This document shows positions 49,571-62,682 of a DNA stretch of 64,000 nt, piece after piece. A program made the position numbers and the translations under genes. The notes below the pieces were generated by a model. That model was given only the letters and a program-made list of their open reading frames with translations, did no database searches and was not told the DNA's origin. The stretch is from Octopus sinensis (lineage: Eukaryota). The stretch is taken from NCBI RefSeq assembly GCF_006345805.1, contig NC_043006.1, forward strand, positions 69,192,001 through 69,256,000, in the 5' to 3' direction. Each line of letters starts with the position of its first letter. Within the stretch, counting starts at the first letter, position 1.

Positions 49571-50279
49571 AAAAGCGGACTTTATACCGATTTGGAAAAG
49601 TCATCAAAGTCTTATATTTAGTCGATGTTTATAGCAGACTAGACTATGACTAATGAGTGACTAAAAATTAGCATTATCACGCTACAAATGCTTTTGTTTT
49701 TTTTTTCTAGGTCAGTGATTCAATTTTAAAAATGGCTGGCTTCTAAACTTCAGTGGCTTTTAAAGCTTCTAAGGCTTAGATATTATGTCAAAGACAGCAT
49801 GAAATCTAAGTCAGATTTCCACTGAGCTTCGTATCGTACTCGCCTGGTATACTTACCAAGTGTTATGTAGACCTGATGTCAACTGATCTGATATAACTTC
49901 ACCGATCGAGGCTATACCTGACCAGTTCAGGTTAGGCCAGATCCGTTCTATCTCTTATGCTTTAGGTACTTGGTGGGGACATCACGTTCTTGATTTGCAT
50001 GGAGATAGCCTTCAAAGTGGGATGTCATAAAAATGTCGGTACTCCATACCAAGGTTTTGACATGATCAATCCCTTCTATAGTTTGTGTGTTTTTTTCTTT
50101 AGAGCCAGGTACTTACTCTTTTACTCTTTTACTTGTTTCACACACACAAACATATACGCAGCACACATACACATATATATACATATATACGACGGGCTTC
50201 TTTCAGTTTCCGTCAACCAAAACCACAAACAAGGCTTTGGTCGGCCCAAGGCTATAATAGAAGACACTTAGAATCCGAT

Positions 50280-50640
50280 TAGACCGACCCCAGTATGCAA
50301 CTGGTACTTAATTTATCGACCCCGAAAGGATGAAAGGCAAAGTCGACCGCGGTGGAATTTGAACTCTGAACGTAAAGACAGACGAAATAGCGCTAAGCAT
50401 TTCACCCGTCGTTCTAACGTTTCTGCCAGCCCACCGCTTTATTTGAAAACCAATATTGGAATATAAAATAAGGCGGCGAACAGGCAGAATCGTTAGCACG
50501 TCGGGCAAAATGCTTAGCGGCATTTTGTTCGTGTTTACGTTCTGCGTTCAAATTCAGACCGATATTACTTTTTATCCTTTCGGGGTCGATAAAATAAGTA
50601 CAAATTGTGCACTGGAGGAGTCCGTGTAATCAACACCCAC
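50280..50640. mobile_element. Two SINE B copies head-to-head
   Basis: 50280-50445 on minus and 50470-50640 on plus, each collinear with family B. Confidence 0.75.
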
Positions 50641-50690
50641 TCTCTCGAATTTTCTGGCATTGTGCCAAAATTAGAAACCAGTATCAGAGA

Positions 50691-51410
50691 TTAACCCTTT
50701 CGTTATCAACCCTGCTGAAACTAGATCTGGCTCTGAGTACAAATGTCTTGTTTTCATAAGTTTTGAATTAAAATCTTCCACCAAACCTTAGTCACAATTT
50801 ATGTTCCTAAAACTAGCTGAATGGTAACTAAGTTATTTTACTAAATTCTTTTTTATATTTAAAATCAATTGAAAGTAACACAGAGCATCTCAACAGAAAC
50901 ATGGTAACAAAAGGGTTAAAGTCACCATGATATTTTAAACCCTTTTGATACTAACTCGGCTGAAACTGTCTCTGGCTCTGTAGTACAAATGTCTTGTTTT
51001 CATAAGTTTTGAATTAAAATCTTCCACCAAACCTTAGTCACAATTTATGTTCCTAAAACTAGCTGAATGGTAACTAAGTTATTTTACTAAATTCTTTTTT
51101 ATATTTAAAATCAATTGAAAGTAACACAGAGCATCTCAACAGAAACATGGTAACAAAAGGGTTAAAGTCACCATGATATTTTAAACCCTTTTGATACTAA
51201 CTCGGCTGAAACTGTCTCTGGCTCTGTAGTACAAATGTCTTGTTTTCATAAGTTTTGAATCAAAATCCTCCACTAAACCTTAGTCACAATTTATGTTCCT
51301 AACAATAGCTTAATGATAACAAAGTTATTTTACTAAATTCTTTGTAATATTTAAAGTAATTGAAAGAAACACAGAGCATCTCAAAATAAATACAGTAACG
51401 AAAGGGTGAA
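50691..51410. mobile_element. Three tandem piggyBac-like MITEs
   Basis: TTAA-CCCTTT...AAAGGG-TTAA units at 50691-50919, 50935-51165 and 51181-51410 (last end TGAA), separated by the same 15 bp spacer AGTCACCATGATATT. Confidence 0.8.
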
Positions 51411-52540
51411 AGTAAACTGTGCACACACACGCAAGGCATTTCCAAACTGTTTCCGTCAACCAAATCCACTCATAAGCTTTGGCCAGCTCAGTGCTTTAGC
51501 GGAAGGTACCTGACCAAGATGTTAGGCAGCGGGACTGATCCCGAGATCACGTGGCTGCAAAGCGACCACACAGCTATACCTGCGTCTATTTATATATACG
51601 GGTCTCTATATACATACATACATATACGTATATACATGTGTGTTGTGTGTGTGTGTGTGTGTATGTGCAACGCGGGCGAGAATGAGAGACGGAGCGAGAG
51701 AGAAGAGAGAGAGAGAGAGAAAGTGTCAGCGGGAGAGTGAGGGAGAGAGAGAGAAGGATAGCCATAGAGGGAAAGAATGAGTGAGAATGAAAATGATAGA
51801 GGGAAAGAATGAGAGAATAATAGAGAGAGGGAGGAGAGAGGAAGAGAACGAGAGAAGATTAGAGAGAGAGAGAGAGAGAGAGGGAGAGAAAGAAAGAAAG
51901 AGAAAGGGTGGGAGAGAATGAAAGAAAGTGGAGAACGAGAGAGAAAGAATGAGAGCGATAGAGAGGAAAGAATGTGTGTGTGTGTGTTGTGTGTGTGTGT
52001 GTGAGTGTGAGTGAGAGAGAAAGAGAGGGTGGGAGAGAATGAAAGAGGAGAGGTAGAGAGAGATAATAGTTTACAAAATGTTGTGATGTTGTTTTGCCAT
52101 TTTCTTGACAGTAAATTGCTTTGTCTTAAAAGTATTTTTTCTCTTTTTACTCCACCCCACCAGCCCACCCCACCCCCGCTCACCTCACCTCACCCATTCA
52201 TTACAGTTGTTGTTGCTGCTGTTGCTGTTCGTGTCGTTATTAGCTTTTGCTATTTGATTGTCTCTTTATTAGTGTTGTGGCTATTACTGTTGTTGTTGTT
52301 GTTGTTGTTGTTCTTGAGCGCAATGTTTATGAGATGTTTCTAACTTACGGATTTTAAACCTACCACCACCACCACCACCTCTGCAATGACAATTATTGCA
52401 GTTATTCCTCTACTACTACTACTATCACCACTACCACCACAACCACCACTACTACTACCACTACCACCACCACCACCACTACTACTACTACTATTACCAC
52501 CACCATCACCACCACCACTACCACCACTACCACCACCACC

Positions 52541-52589
<49 letters not shown>

Positions 52590-52780
52590 GCCCCCTAAAA
52601 AAACTCCATACAACCACCCATACTTTCTTCCGCAGCTAATTGAGACGTTTAGGTGGCAGTTGAGTGGTAATTTATAGTTTGAGGAAATAACTAATGTTGT
52701 GAGGGTGGTAGTGGTGGTGGTGGTGGTGTCGGCAGTATGCAGGTGTAGTTGTTATGGCTATGTAGTAATGATGGCGCTGA

Positions 52781-52820
<40 letters not shown>

Positions 52821-52962
52821 CACACGCGCGCACGAAGTTTATTTAGGCTAATCCAGTGAGTTTTTCCGACGCACTCAGATACATACATATACATATGTAT
52901 CTGTATCTATCTAATCTATGTATATATATCCATATTCAAATCCATCTTTCTATATCATATAT

Positions 52963-53005
<43 letters not shown>

Positions 53006-53263
53006 TATATATATACACACACACATATATATTACACATACACATATTTATTTATTCATACTTATACGCACATACTTACACACACATACTCATATAAATA
53101 AATTAATATAAACAGCCATGCGCAATGTGATACCATAATGGAAAATCTCAATGGATACTATTCGTGATTAAGGGCATCAAGACACCTACATTGCTAGAAA
53201 TAGGAGCTAAAGTGATCTTAATGCTGTAGGAAAAGCACTTAAATGTGTGTGTGTGCGTGTGTG

Positions 53264-53325
53264 TGTGTGTGTGTATAATTAGGGTTAAGCAACAGGTTGC
53301 TTAACCCTAATTATACACACACACA
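53264..53325. repeat. Perfect 30 bp-arm palindrome with 2 nt loop
   Basis: 53264-53293 is the exact reverse complement of 53296-53325. Confidence 0.95.
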
Positions 53326-54031
53326 GGTTGCTTAACCACATACCGAAAATTTAGAAATAGCAGCCGAAGACTGCTTTTTCTTATTTACGACTGATATAGC
53401 TCCACATACAACATTACTTGTAACTCACATAGGCAAAAGAAGGAAAATAACGAGATCAGACAGTCTTCGGTCAGTTGTGGACGCGTTTCTGGGTTAGAAT
53501 TATAAAGAACCCATTCCCATCATCAGCACAACAATCCAGTAAATTATAGATTTGCAAATGCTATTTACCTACCTCTTGCATCCCGATCCTGCGCCATTGG
53601 AGATAGCAGAAGATAGTCAGCATATCCAAATCCATATAGACGAATGAATTATATTTTCCCTCCAAGATTACTATGTGTGTCACAAAAATAGTACAGCAGA
53701 AAGAGAACTACGGTTTGTTATAAGGGAGTGAAAAATTTCATTACTAATATAAGGGTAAATAATTATTAATTTTAAAATTAACAATTATTACTAAGTAGTT
53801 ATCGGTTTCATACCGAAAACTACGTGGTAATAATTGTTAATTTTAAAATTAATAATTATTCACCCTTATATATATATATATATATATATATTACGGAGAT
53901 GTACTTGCATAGCAAGTGATTTGATCTGGGATCGTGTGCTGAAACGAAAACAATTGCAGCGTGGAAGGTGTTTGTAAGCCATTTAAGAAACACACAAAAG
54001 CCGTTCGATTCACTTCAACATTTAAGTTTAA

Positions 54032-54082
54032 TTTGTCAAAATATTTTCGTCGCTTTAAGACCGCGACCTGTTCACTGACAAA
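54032..54082 (-). ncRNA. Minimal hammerhead motif, G3-C8 covariant
   Basis: UUUGUCA-GUGAACA-G-GUCGC(GGUCUUAAA)GCGAC-GAA-A(AUAU)U-U-UGACAAA. Confidence 0.65.
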
Positions 54083-54118
54083 AATCTGTGCTGCATCTGC
54101 TCATATGCAGCACGAATT

Positions 54119-54169
54119 TTTGTCAGTGAACAGGTCGCGGTCTTAAAGCGACGAAAATGTTTTGACAAA
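54119..54169 (+). ncRNA. Minimal hammerhead motif, G3-C8 covariant
   Basis: As for 54032-54082 but helix III loop AUGU. Confidence 0.6.
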
Positions 54170-54659
54170 TTAAACTTAAATGTTGAAGTGAATCGAACGG
54201 CTTTTGCGTGTTTCTTAAATGGCTTACAAACACCTTCCACGCTGCAATGGTTTATATATATATGTATATTATCTATCTATCTGCCTGTCTATCTGTCTGT
54301 TTGACTGTCTGTCTGTTGTTGACGGTGAAGCGACTCTGTAGATGTTTCGGCCCCTTCAGCCACAACACCAAAGCGGCTCAAGACCAATCAGCGATGCAGG
54401 CGATTAAGCTCGCTGACAACAGTACGAGTTTTCTTGAGTCGGAATTTGCGGCTCTGGGCCAGCTGTTTCTGCCATCCTCAATGTTCAATCTTGCTGAACA
54501 AATCGTCCTCTCTCTTGAGCCAGATTTATTGGCTTGCTTTACAGCAGCCTCTGACAATTTTCTACGAGCGTCTTTTGTGTTATTTACTAATTATTATTTC
54601 CTATGTCAATCAATGCAAGCTCCAATACATTGAACGAACGGTTCCTGTATAATTATTTC

Positions 54660-55095
54660 TTCAAATTCGGTGGATGAAACAATGCTTACTGTCATTTCTT
54701 TTAGCACTTCATTATTTCAGTTCAATTTCACCGCAGACGACTTCGCCTTTCATCCATTCAAGGTCGATGAAAGAAATACCAGTTGAGCACTGGGGGCGTT
54801 GTAGTCGACTAACCCCACTCTCTTTAAATTTCAGTTTTTTTCTTGTGGTAGAAATTATTATAGGCTTGCTGAAGGTAGCGACCTGGTAGAATCGTTACGG
54901 GCTTCGGACAAAATAAAATGCTTCGTGGAAATTATTCCTGCGTTTTACGTTCTGAGTTCAAATTCCACCGTGGTCGGCCTTGCCTTTTTTCTTTTCGAAG
55001 TCAATAAAATAAGTACCAGTTGAATACTGAGGTCTGTGTAATTGACTTAATCCCTCACTTAAAATTGCTGGCCTTGTGTCAAAATTTGAAACCAT
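54660..55095 (+). mobile_element. Two diverged SINE B copies
   Basis: Collinear with family B body. Confidence 0.65.
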
Positions 55096-55593
55096 TATAT
55101 ACTTGTTAGAAGTTGTTTAACCTAGGGATAAACATATCATACCACATATCACACATACTATATCGTTCAACCAACCTATGGTTGGTGAGAATTCTATTGA
55201 TATTCCCCTTCCGCACTACACGGTCCTGCTGTGTTCAGATCTCTAATATCCAGCCCTGAGTCCCGAGATATAGTATCTGAAAATGTCAGTTTCCTGGAGA
55301 AAACACTTCCAGAGGGATGCCATAGGAGCAGGGATGAGATAACCTCTTTCTCTGCTCGATGACAGTGACCAGCAAATTGTAGCCGTTACTGCTTAAGCTT
55401 GGGGGATATTGGTATCAAATTTCTGTTTATTGATACCAATAAACAAGAAGAAAATGACAAGAATACCATCTATTAAGGTAAAACAATGAATCCCTTGTCA
55501 CCCTAGGATTCGATGGATATACAAGGTTTGTATAAGCAAAAGGCAGAGCCGTTTCGTAAATCAGAAACTAAAGCCATTCGTATATTTACAGGT

Positions 55594-55754
55594 CATGACC
55601 GTGGCTGTATGGAAAGTAGTTTGCTTACCAACCACATGGCTCCGGGTTCAGTCCCACTGCGTGGCACCTTGGGCAAGTGTCTTTTACTATAGCCTTGGGC
55701 CGACCAAAGCCTTGTGAGTGGATTTGGTAGACGGAAACTGAAAGAAGCTCGTAG

Positions 55755-55788
<34 letters not shown>

Positions 55789-55997
55789 TGTATGTATATA
55801 TGTGTTTGTCTACCCAACATCGCTTGACAACCGATGCTGGTGTGTTTACGTCCCCGTAACTTAGCGGTTCGGCAAAAAAGACCGATAGAATAAATACTAG
55901 GCTTACAAAGAATAAGTCCTAGGGTCGATTTGCTCGACTAAAGACGTTGCTCCAGCATGGCCACAGTCAAATGACTGAAACAAGTAAAAGAGTAAAG
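55594..55997 (+). mobile_element. SINE family A, full length
   Basis: tRNA-like head (B-box GGGTTCAGTCCC), internal (TATG)n, 3' end ...CAAATGACTGAAACAAGTAAAAGAGTAA. Confidence 0.9.
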
Positions 55998-56716
55998 ACC
56001 GTTTGCGCAGGCAAAAAAGCTACGACCTTTTGTACAGAGTTAATACCGAAAGAAACATAAATTCTTGTAAATAGTATATAAAAAATGGCCGAATTTAGAG
56101 AATTCTTGTGTTTTTTAAATATTTTTTTTTAGCGAGAAACAAAATACATAAGAATATGGAGACTGAAAGAAGAGACAGGTGGAGGGAAAGAGGAGAGGAA
56201 GAGATAAACAGATGTATAAAGAGATAGAGAGTTGGAGAAAGAGGAAAAAAGAGAGGAGAGTGAGAGAGAGAAGAGGGAGAGAGAGGTGGATTTGTGGTGT
56301 GCATGTAGTCATTACGCAAGATTTATTATAGCCATATGGTGGGACATGTAAAAATGTTTAAACTGTAAACTAACAGCGGCACCAGAAACTGTAATGACAT
56401 AAACAACAACAGCAACAACAACAACGACGACAACAACAACAACAATAACAACAACAACAACACAGTGATAACGATGTTAGTGGTTGTGATGGTGGAGGGT
56501 GGGTCGGAAGGGTAGGTGGGGGTGCAATGCTGTGGTTCTAATTATGGTGTTGTCTTTCGAAGATGTACGACTGACTTGAAACACGCGAAACGTTTAACAA
56601 TGTTTGGTATTGTCATAGCAGCAGTGATATATCTTCAAACACACACACATACACACACACACACACGCGCGCGCTCGCGCACACAACATATTACTCACAC
56701 ATTCATATGTGTGTGC

Positions 56717-56765
<49 letters not shown>

Positions 56766-57556
56766 AATTACACACATATTACAAACACATATATCACGCA
56801 CATATACACATATTACACTCATATATCACACACATACATGCATATCTATTCTACATATATATACATATTACAAATGCGCATATTACACACATACACACAC
56901 ACGCACTCATTACAGACACGTATCTCACGCACACATATCACATTGGCATATCACATACATGTCTCACACAGACACATCATTCAACATACCACATATCATC
57001 ATACACACACTTTGCACGAAAATATCACACACAAATATCACACATACATTAAATACATATTAAACACATATCACATACATATATCACACAGACATATCAT
57101 ACCACATATCACACATACTATACACAAAAATATCACACAAATATCGCGCATACATTACCCATACGCATATCGTATGCATATATTACACAAAGCACACTGG
57201 CATATTTAATACAAATGAATAGATCTTCCGTCGGTATCAGTGATGCGTATTTCAGTTGCTCGTCCGAACGAACGGTTTACGTTTTGAATTGTAATGACTG
57301 GCTGAGTATTCCATAGAAACGCAAACCCATAACATAATCTCCTGGTGATGCATAATCCAGTGTGACACATTTGTAACCCGGCTAAACCTTTAAGTTTTTC
57401 AGAGAGTTTAGACGACAGAATTCCACGCAGGCTGTCAGTCCAGTTTCACGTATAAGGCTTGAGATTTAGTGGAAGATATTTAAGCTAGATCTCGTCACTT
57501 CATACTGACATACAACATAAACTGTTCGAATATATATATATGTATATATTATATAT

Positions 57557-57609
<53 letters not shown>

Positions 57610-59143
57610 TACATACATTCCATACACAATTCTCATGCATGTGCCATACAAATCTCAAATGCATCCGGGAATAATTAAAACTCATATTATCGTTATAGGG
57701 TTCGTTTTTACTATAAATTGTGTTGACTTCTGTGTGAAGGCTGATGGTGGTGGAATAGGAGTTTCTGAGAGGATGAGGGGAAACTATCTTCGATCTTATT
57801 GCTCAATATCATCGCCATTTACGTGAGGGTGACAAACTTAATGTTTATGGCGCATCATCTCTTTGTATAGCTCAGTGTTCGTACTGAGTTCATTATAAAT
57901 TCGTTTGTAAATTTTTATGTTATGTTCGCGATTGGAGTTTTTTTACAAAACTTGTAGAGTTTCCTCTATAAGTGAACGTACCGGCCGCCTCGGACGCTCG
58001 GCGAAGAGCACCTTCGGAGGAACCGTTCTCAGATAATATGTCATGAAAGTTCTCAGATAATATGTCATGAAATTAGCTATCACATCTAGGTACAGTGCAT
58101 GGGGATAGATTTTATTCGGATAATATCGTGCAGCTTATTTAAGTTCACTAGGTGGATCAGTATATTTGTTGAAAATATTATGTCTAGTATTATACGTTTT
58201 GCACTGATATAAAAAAAATTTGTAAACGACCCTTGAAAAAGACTCTTAATCATCAACGGTTTCCTATTTGAGCGCTAAACTGGAGATAAATCAAAATTTG
58301 TGTAGCCCTTGAAAGTCCTTGGATTTTCGGAATGATACAAGAGTAAGGGCTTTAATTTCATATCATAAGCAGCATCTCCTCTCAGATGATCTTAGGAACC
58401 TTCAAAAGGTTCCCAGTGTCAGATGATCTTAGGAATCTTTAAAACTTGGTACTGTCTTTACTTCTCGAGATATAAAAGTAATTTCGTTAACGTTGTGTAC
58501 TTACTCATGTGCATAGCCGCTTCACTAATTATTTCCTCCAACTACTCAGGATAATTAAGAGCAACCACTGTATCCACACTAACTTTTTCTCTCGCCATTA
58601 ATATGTTGTGCAAATTCAGGCACTTCTTCAACTTTTCAAACCAGTCTTTCCTAACCAAAAAGGGTTTTTCGTTAGAAATTTCACCTTTCTTTTTCGGCCA
58701 ATCGCCATACAAACTTTTGGCTTTTTGAAATTACTATCGGGCTTATCGGTGCAATTACGTTGCGTCTGAACTTTGAACCGCACATCATTCCATTTTAAGC
58801 CTATCATTAGAGATATGAAAAAATAGAGTCTGAGCAATTAATCAAGTTACTTCTTGAGCACTTGACCTATATTGCAGACATCTGACCTACATGTAACCCA
58901 TATCATGCACTCCCCGGGTATATAATACACACACCACGCAAACAAGGAAGTTCTATATGGTTACTTAACTTGTTAGAAACAGTAGCCAAATAGCCTTCGA
59001 TTGCACCTTACAGTCTAAAAAAAAGATGGGATGGTAATGGCTGGAACATTATCGATGATAGGTCTGCAGGTTCGATACTGACACGGAATATAACAAAAAA
59101 GTAACAACCACAACAACACATATCCATGCACACACACACACAC

Positions 59144-59182
<39 letters not shown>

Positions 59183-59457
59183 CACACACACACTCACACA
59201 CTGCACACATATGCACAGAACTCTCTCGCCTATGGCTCTTTCATATACCATGTGTGTATATATTCTACACGCGTCTTGCAAAACATTCGAACTCACTATA
59301 TTTCCCACATGAACACTGAGATAAAAATTTACAAGAACAAATTTAAAGTATATCTGAAAACATGCATATTCACATACACATACGCGCACATGTATGTATG
59401 TATGTATGTATGTATGTATGTATGTATGTATGTATGTATGTATGTATGTATGTATGT

Positions 59458-59559
59458 CATTATTCAGTTTATTTCAAGATTTCTTGCCAATAGAGAAAGA
59501 ACCGGTTTCTTGCCTAGATCCAGGACTCCTTCATTGGAATTTCAATATCAACAACAGGG
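59458..59559 (-). repeat. ~100 bp element embedded in (TATG)n
   Basis: Homologous to 62223-62325 with the same boundaries. Confidence 0.75.
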
Positions 59560-59728
59560 TATGTATGTATGTATGTATGTATGTATGTATGTATGTATGT
59601 ATGTATGTATGCATGTAGGTATGTATGTATGTATGTATGTATGTATGTATGTATGTATGTATGTATGTATGTAGGTATGTATGTATGTATGTATGTATTT
59701 AGTTGGAATTTATAAAAAAAACAAAACA

Positions 59729-59897
59729 AAAGAGGAAGACGGGTGTGTAAACAACAAACAGAAGTATTAGTTTAACGCTCGAGAAGTGAGAAATCTTTTA
59801 CGTTTCGAGCCTACGCTCTTCAACGGAAGGGAACACAGAAATAAACAGGGAGAGAAAACAAAAAAAGGTTTAGGAGCTAGCGATCAATCACGGCGAA
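59729..59897 (-). repeat. Copy of the U6-variant HHR-like repeat family
   Basis: Collinear with 44166-44345. Confidence 0.75.
59794..59831 (-). ncRNA. Hammerhead-like motif, U6 variant, weak stem I
   Basis: CCGUUGA-A-GAGC(GUAG)GCUC-GAA-ACGU-A; stem I only 2 bp. Confidence 0.4.
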
Positions 59898-60639
59898 TAT
59901 GTATGTGTATGTATTTTTGTATGTATGTATGTATGTATGTATTATGTATGTATGTGCAGATTTGTATGTTTTATGTATGTTTTCTCATGCGTATTGTTGC
60001 ATTTCTAGACGTGCTCATATATAATAAAATGATAAACTTATGGAAAGTTTCACAGATTTTTACAGTTCCAGTGATGGATTGGATCTGTAGTCATCGATTT
60101 AGCTCTCCCCATTCTGGCTTTGAGAAGATTATGTATGTATGTATGTATGTCAGGTCACTCTTAGTGCTACTGGTAACATGTAACCTAGTATAACCTGTCG
60201 CTTAGTCAGACCGTCGATGACTAAGCCGACAACCCTACGAAGCCTCATTCTTAAGGAGGTCGGTTTACGTTGGACACTTTAATGAACGAAAGCAAAACCA
60301 TGTCAAAGGGCGAATGAGCTTCGTAGAGCCAGCGGCCATCCAACAGATGAGAGTGAAAGACCACTAGTCTTTGTTTAAACCTCTCTCTAGGAAAAAGAAA
60401 TTCTGAAATAATACCTGCCCCATTGCGAAGCCGGAGATCCCGCTCTTGTTGATTGCTGGATTACTTGGCCTTCTAGGTGACAGTCATAGAGATGTTGTAA
60501 GTTGTTATTGACGTTAGGTCTTTAACATCTACGATGAGTTCTTTAGTGATGGTCGTACTCGTCAACGAATTAAAAGCCATCATTTATGTATGTATGTCCC
60601 CGCTCATGATACATCCTTAAGCTTTAAGAAAAAAAAAAT

Positions 60640-61070
60640 TACATATTTATTGGATGGCCGTTGACTCTCAAGAGTTTCTCCGCCCTTTGATGGGTTTTGT
60701 TTTTCATCCCGCAGGGTGTCCAATAAACACCTTCCTCACCAAGCAAGCTTGATGGGGTTGCCGGTTTAGTCGCCGACGACCCGACCATGCAACAGGTTGT
60801 ACTGGGTTACATGTTACCATACCAATCATATCTGTCGGGCATGTGGAAGGGAGTGTAATTCGGCAGGAGGACTTAAAATATATGAAAAGGTACATGAAGT
60901 CCAGTTACAACTACAGCCAGCTATTACCAGTAAAGGTTTTAGTTGCCGATTTTGTACAAGACATTGTAGATCTTTGGCTGGGCTAAAAAGTCACATTCGA
61001 TCACAGCAACAGTAACAGTTAAGCTTCGTGCAATGGCCATACTCGATAACGAAGGGGCAGCCATAATGTA
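60640..61070 (+). mobile_element. Probable internally deleted RTE-like derivative ending in two C2H2-like fingers and a (TATG)n tail
   Basis: HICRACGRECNSAGGLKIYEKVH and FSCRFCTRHCRSLAGLKSHIRS, then a stop, a short 3' end and (TATG)n; the RTE at 34.5 kb ends in a similar finger. Confidence 0.55.
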
Positions 61071-61465
61071 TGTATGTATGTATGTATGTATGTATGTATG
61101 TATGTATGTATGCATGTATGTATGTATATATGTACGTGTGTGTGTCCGTGTCCTTGGAACGACGTTAAGCTACATCCAGCGGTGAGGCTCCAGTTCGGGA
61201 GTTCTGTAGCTGCGGGGTGCATGGAGTCACCCTTTAATTACCATTATTCTCAGCTCCGTTCTGACACGGAGCAGTAGTACCTGTCAGGTTCCTATCAATA
61301 GGTTATATAGATATCCCACGGATAAAGAAGGTACCTGTTGTTTTTGACAAAGCCACGGGCAAGGCAGCACTTCTAGGAGAAGGACACTCTGCCATAAAAC
61401 TTGCAAAACAGGTCAGTCATCTTGTAATTGGAACCTTCCACGGCGACCGAGGGAGTGGAAAAAAT

Positions 61466-62002
61466 ACTCTTTTCTACTCTAGGCACAAGGTCCGATATTT
61501 TAGGGAAGGGAGCCAGTCGATTAGATCGACACCAGTACGCAACTGGTACTTAATTTATCGACCCCAAAAGGATGAAAGGCAATATCGACGTCCAAGCAAA
61601 GACAGACAAAGGGATTAAGTCGATAACATCGACCCCAGTGCGTAACTGGTACTTAATTTATCGACCCCGAAAGGATGAAATGCAAAGTCGACCTGGGCGG
61701 AATTTGAACTCAGAACGTAATGACAGACGAAATACCGCTAAGCATTTCCCCCGACATGCTAACGTTTCTTATTTCTTTATTGCCCACAAGGGGCTAAACA
61801 TAGAGGGGACAAGCAAAGACAGACAAAGGGATTAAGTTGATAACATCGACCCCAGTGCGTAACTTGTACTTGATTTATCGACCCCGAAAGGATGAAATGC
61901 AAAGTCGACCTGGGCGGAATTTGAACCCAGAACGTAAAGACAGACGAAATACCGCTAAGCAATTTGTCCGGCGTGCTAACGATTCAGCCAGCTCACCGCC
62001 TT
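61466..62002 (-). mobile_element. SINE family B, multimeric
   Basis: Reverse complement collinear with 14471-15087. Confidence 0.85.
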
Positions 62003-62222
62003 GAATGGTAACAATGTTGTACAAGCTTTTGTCACTAAAACCAAATGACGTCCAGATGTCTCACAAACATTTCGTTGCTTGATCCGTTTCGTATTTTATA
62101 AAGTCATATGGAGATGGATGCATGGCACGAAAAGTCATCTTTGCAAGGATGAAAGTGAATCAGAACAATCTGAATGAAGGTGAAACGAGTGACAAGATGA
62201 GGCAATCATCACGTATGTATGC

Positions 62223-62325
62223 CATTATTCAGTTTTATTTCTCGAGTTCTTGCCACTGGAGAAGGAACCGGTTTCTAAACTAAATCCAAGGTTCCTTCAC
62301 AGGAATTTCAACACCAACAACAGGG
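62223..62325 (-). repeat. ~100 bp element flanked by (TATG)n
   Basis: Homologous to 59458-59559. Confidence 0.75.
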
Positions 62326-62439
62326 TATGTATGTATGTATGTTATGTATGTATGTACGTGCGTGCGTATGTATGCGCGAGCGCGTGTGTATGTGTCTGTG
62401 TGTGTGTAAATAAATCCAATAACGCTTCCACATTATTCA

Positions 62440-62682
62440 TGACGACGACCCCCACCTCCACCAGCACCACCAACACTACCGCAACCGCTACCGCTACCGC
62501 CACCACTAAAACGACGACGGCGGCGGCGGCGGCGGACGACGGCCACGACGACGACGACGACGACGACGACGGCCACGACGACGACGACGACCACGACCAC
62601 GACGACGACCACGACCACGACGACGACGACGACGACGACGACCACCACCACCACCACCACCACCACGACCACCACCACCGAT
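62440..62682. repeat. GC-rich (GAC/CAC/GGC)n trinucleotide array
   Basis: Directly visible. Confidence 0.9.

Larger units (their letters stand above)
53891..54248. mobile_element. HHR-bearing repeat forming a 296 bp near-perfect palindrome (53953-54248)
   Basis: Arms 53953-~54096 and ~54105-54248; a partial copy lies at 5252-5432. Confidence 0.9.

Noticed and set aside
53278-53287. TTAGGG telomere-like hexamer
   Set aside because: A single copy; expected by chance.
57830-58860. Possible DNA transposon relic with two short tandem duplications (about 58025-58070 and 58384-58440)
   Set aside because: No recognisable termini or protein motifs.
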